Positions 61,960-64,000 of a stretch of 64,000 bases of DNA are shown here, in pieces (within the stretch, counting starts at the first letter, position 1; each line of letters begins with the position of its first letter). The notes under the pieces are model-generated. The model made no database searches. It was given only the letters and a program-made list of their open reading frames with translations, and was not told the origin of the DNA. The DNA comes from Macrostomum lignano (lineage: Eukaryota): assembly GCA_002269645.1 (NCBI GenBank), contig NIVC01000881.1, positions 1 to 64,000 of the forward strand, read 5' to 3'. Position numbers and translations under genes: made by a program.

Positions 61960-62770
61960 GAGATGGGACGGCAGGGGGGAGGTCAGAAGGGATGAAATGG
62001 GAGGTCAGAGGGGGGTAGGTCAGAGAGAAGGTCAAATAGGGGAGGTCAGAGGGGAAAGGTCAGAGGGGAGGGGTCAGAGAGGAGAGGTCAGAGAGGATAG
62101 GTCAGAGAAGAGAGGTCAGAGAGGGGAGATCAGAAAGGGAAGGTCACAGGGGAGGTCACAGAGGAGAGGACAGAGAGGTCAGAGAGGAGAGGACAAAGAG
62201 AGGTCAGAGGAGAGGACAAAGAGAGGTCAGAGAGGGGAGGTCAGAGGGGAGAGGACAAAGAGAGGTCAGAGAGGGGAGGTAAGAGAGGAGAGGACAAAGA
62301 GAGGTCAGAGGGAGGTCAGAGGAGAAGACAAAGAGAGGTCAGAGAGGGGAGGTCAGAGGAGAGGACAGAGAGGTCAGAGAGGAGAGGTCAGAGAGGAGAG
62401 GGCAAAGAGAGGTCAGAGGAGAGGACAGAGAGGTCAGAGAGGGGAGGTCAGAGAGGAGAGGGCAAAGAGAGGTCAGAGAGGGGAGGTCAGAGGAGAGGAC
62501 AGAGAGGTCAGAGAGGGGAGGACAAAGAGAGGTCAGAGAGAGGTCAGAGGAGAGGACAAAGAGAGGTCAGAGAGGGGGGGTCAGAGGAGAGGACAGAGAG
62601 GTCAGAGAGGAGAGGACAAAGAGAGGTCAGAGAAGGGAGGTCAGAGAGGAGAGGACAAAGAGAGGTCAGAGAAGGGAGGTCAGAGAGGAGAGGACAAAGA
62701 GAGGTCAGAGAAGGGAGGTCAGAGAGGAGAGGACAAAGAGAGGTCAGAGGAGAGGACAGAGAGGTCAGAA
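61960..62770. repeat. Purine-rich degenerate satellite built on GAGGTCAGA / GAGGACAAAGA
   Basis: Strong strand-asymmetric G/A tract downstream of the giant gene's stop codon. Confidence 0.92.
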
Positions 62771-63455
62771 CTTAATGCAGTGTTTGTTGCAGCATGTTTG
62801 CATGTTCAAGTAAGCCGATATTTGCAATAAAAAACTGGCATGACAAAGACCAGCCCTGCGGGCAGTCTTGTGTCAGTAGCAGCAACTGTATGCTCATAAA
62901 TATCATGAATAATGTTGGCGTGCATCAGTGATAAAATATAAAGCGTTATATTTAGAGCCTGGACAGCAAGGACACAGGTACAAATAAACCACCAAAGCGG
63001 GGAAGGACCACCAAGATCTGAGATTTGAGAAAACCGCTTCTGAAATCTGAAAACTTGCGCAACTGAATGTGCGACACTATTGCAGTAGTATTCTAATAGT
63101 AATACAATATGATTTTAATTTGTTAATTATATAATTTACACGAATCAATAAAAGCGCTGAAAAGCAAAGGCAGTTTAAAATAGATGCATATTAATATTAG
63201 CATAGACTACGGAACCCTATTTTATCTTTGCACTCTTGCGCTCTGAAGCTACTTAAAGTAGGAATAATAGCATTTTATTTTATTTTAATCAAAAATATCA
63301 GACAGACTTGCCGACACCGCAGCGTAGAGAAGCGCGCGATACTCAATGGGATGATGGGATGTTAGAAAACTGTGGGAGACAGATGACACTTATTATAGTT
63401 CAGTATATGTATATGGATATGCAGGGCCCTGGCTTGCACTGTAAACGACATGTTA

Positions 63456-63862
63456 TTAACCGGTAACCCAGGTAAATACCCAATTAACCGGTAACCCAGG
63501 TAAATACCAAATTAACCGGTAACCCAGGTAAATACCCAATTAACCGGTAACCCAGGTAAATACCAAATTAACCGGTAACCCAGGTAAATACCCAATTAAC
63601 CGGTAACCCAGGTAAATACCCAATCAACCGGTAACTCAGGTAAATACCCAATTAACCGGTAACCCAGGTAAATACCCAATTAACCGGTAACCCAGGTAAA
63701 TACCCAATTAACCGGTAACCCAGGTAAATACCCAATCAACCAGTAACCCAGGTAAATACCCAATCAACTGGTAACCCAGGTAAATACCCAATCAACCGGT
63801 AACCCTGGTAAATACCCAATCAACCGGTAACCCTGGTAAATACCCAATCAACCGGTAACCCA
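63456..63862. repeat. Minisatellite, 28-bp unit (ATTAACCGGTAACCCAGGTAAATACCCA), ~14 copies
   Basis: Direct tandem array, intergenic. Confidence 0.95.
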
Positions 63863-64000
63863 AACAGACCCCAACAAAACACCCTGCAAGCTTAGGAATA
63901 TCAATACCGGGTAACCAAAGAAAAATAGCAAAAAAACCGGCAGACCCAGCAACCCCGAAGTCAAAGAAGGTCCCGAGTTCGAGTCCCCCAGGCGCGGCAG

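Noticed and set aside
61997-62830. 277-aa Arg/Gly/Glu-rich ORF
   Set aside because: Translation of the purine-rich GAGGTCAGA satellite, which lacks stop codons by composition.
63960-64000. tRNA or tRNA-derived SINE (B-box-like GAGTTCGAGTCC)
   Set aside because: The T-stem does not pair, there is no convincing A box or cloverleaf, and the sequence is cut by the window edge.

Overview
Eukaryotic (invertebrate animal) genomic DNA with GT-AG introns, four recognisable protein-coding genes and one candidate small gene. (1) The 5' end of an ERG-type (KCNH2/6/7-like) voltage-gated K+ channel on the minus strand runs off the left edge and has two 1-nt frameshifts in exon 2. (2) An 8-exon DHHC palmitoyltransferase of the ZDHHC2/15/20 clade lies at 5322-10564 (+). 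(3) A CXorf65/C22orf15-like small gene lies at about 11427-13132 (-). (4) About 70% of the window is one 27-exon gene (16722-61418, +) that I spliced by hand into a secreted protein of about 9,970 aa. Its order is: signal peptide, EMI-like, EGF, TB-like, 3x(VWD-C8-TIL-VWC), LDLa repeats, a Thr-rich mucin (PTS) region, TSP1/TIL/VWC modules, C-terminal cystine knot. The PTS region is interrupted by 19 copies of a ~160-aa degenerate F5/8-type-C (discoidin)-like domain, 18 of them in one 20.8-kb exon built from near-identical 2.1-kb units. The protein is therefore a SCO-spondin/gel-forming-mucin hybrid and is the most interesting object here. The window also contains a non-autonomous PIF/Harbinger element, a candidate protamine-like basic ORF and an intronic dispersed repeat family. 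Most long introns carry their own private mini- or microsatellite. The genome style (GC-rich exons, satellite-filled introns) is reminiscent of the flatworm Macrostomum, but that is inference only. All exon coordinates were derived by manual reading and lack transcript support.
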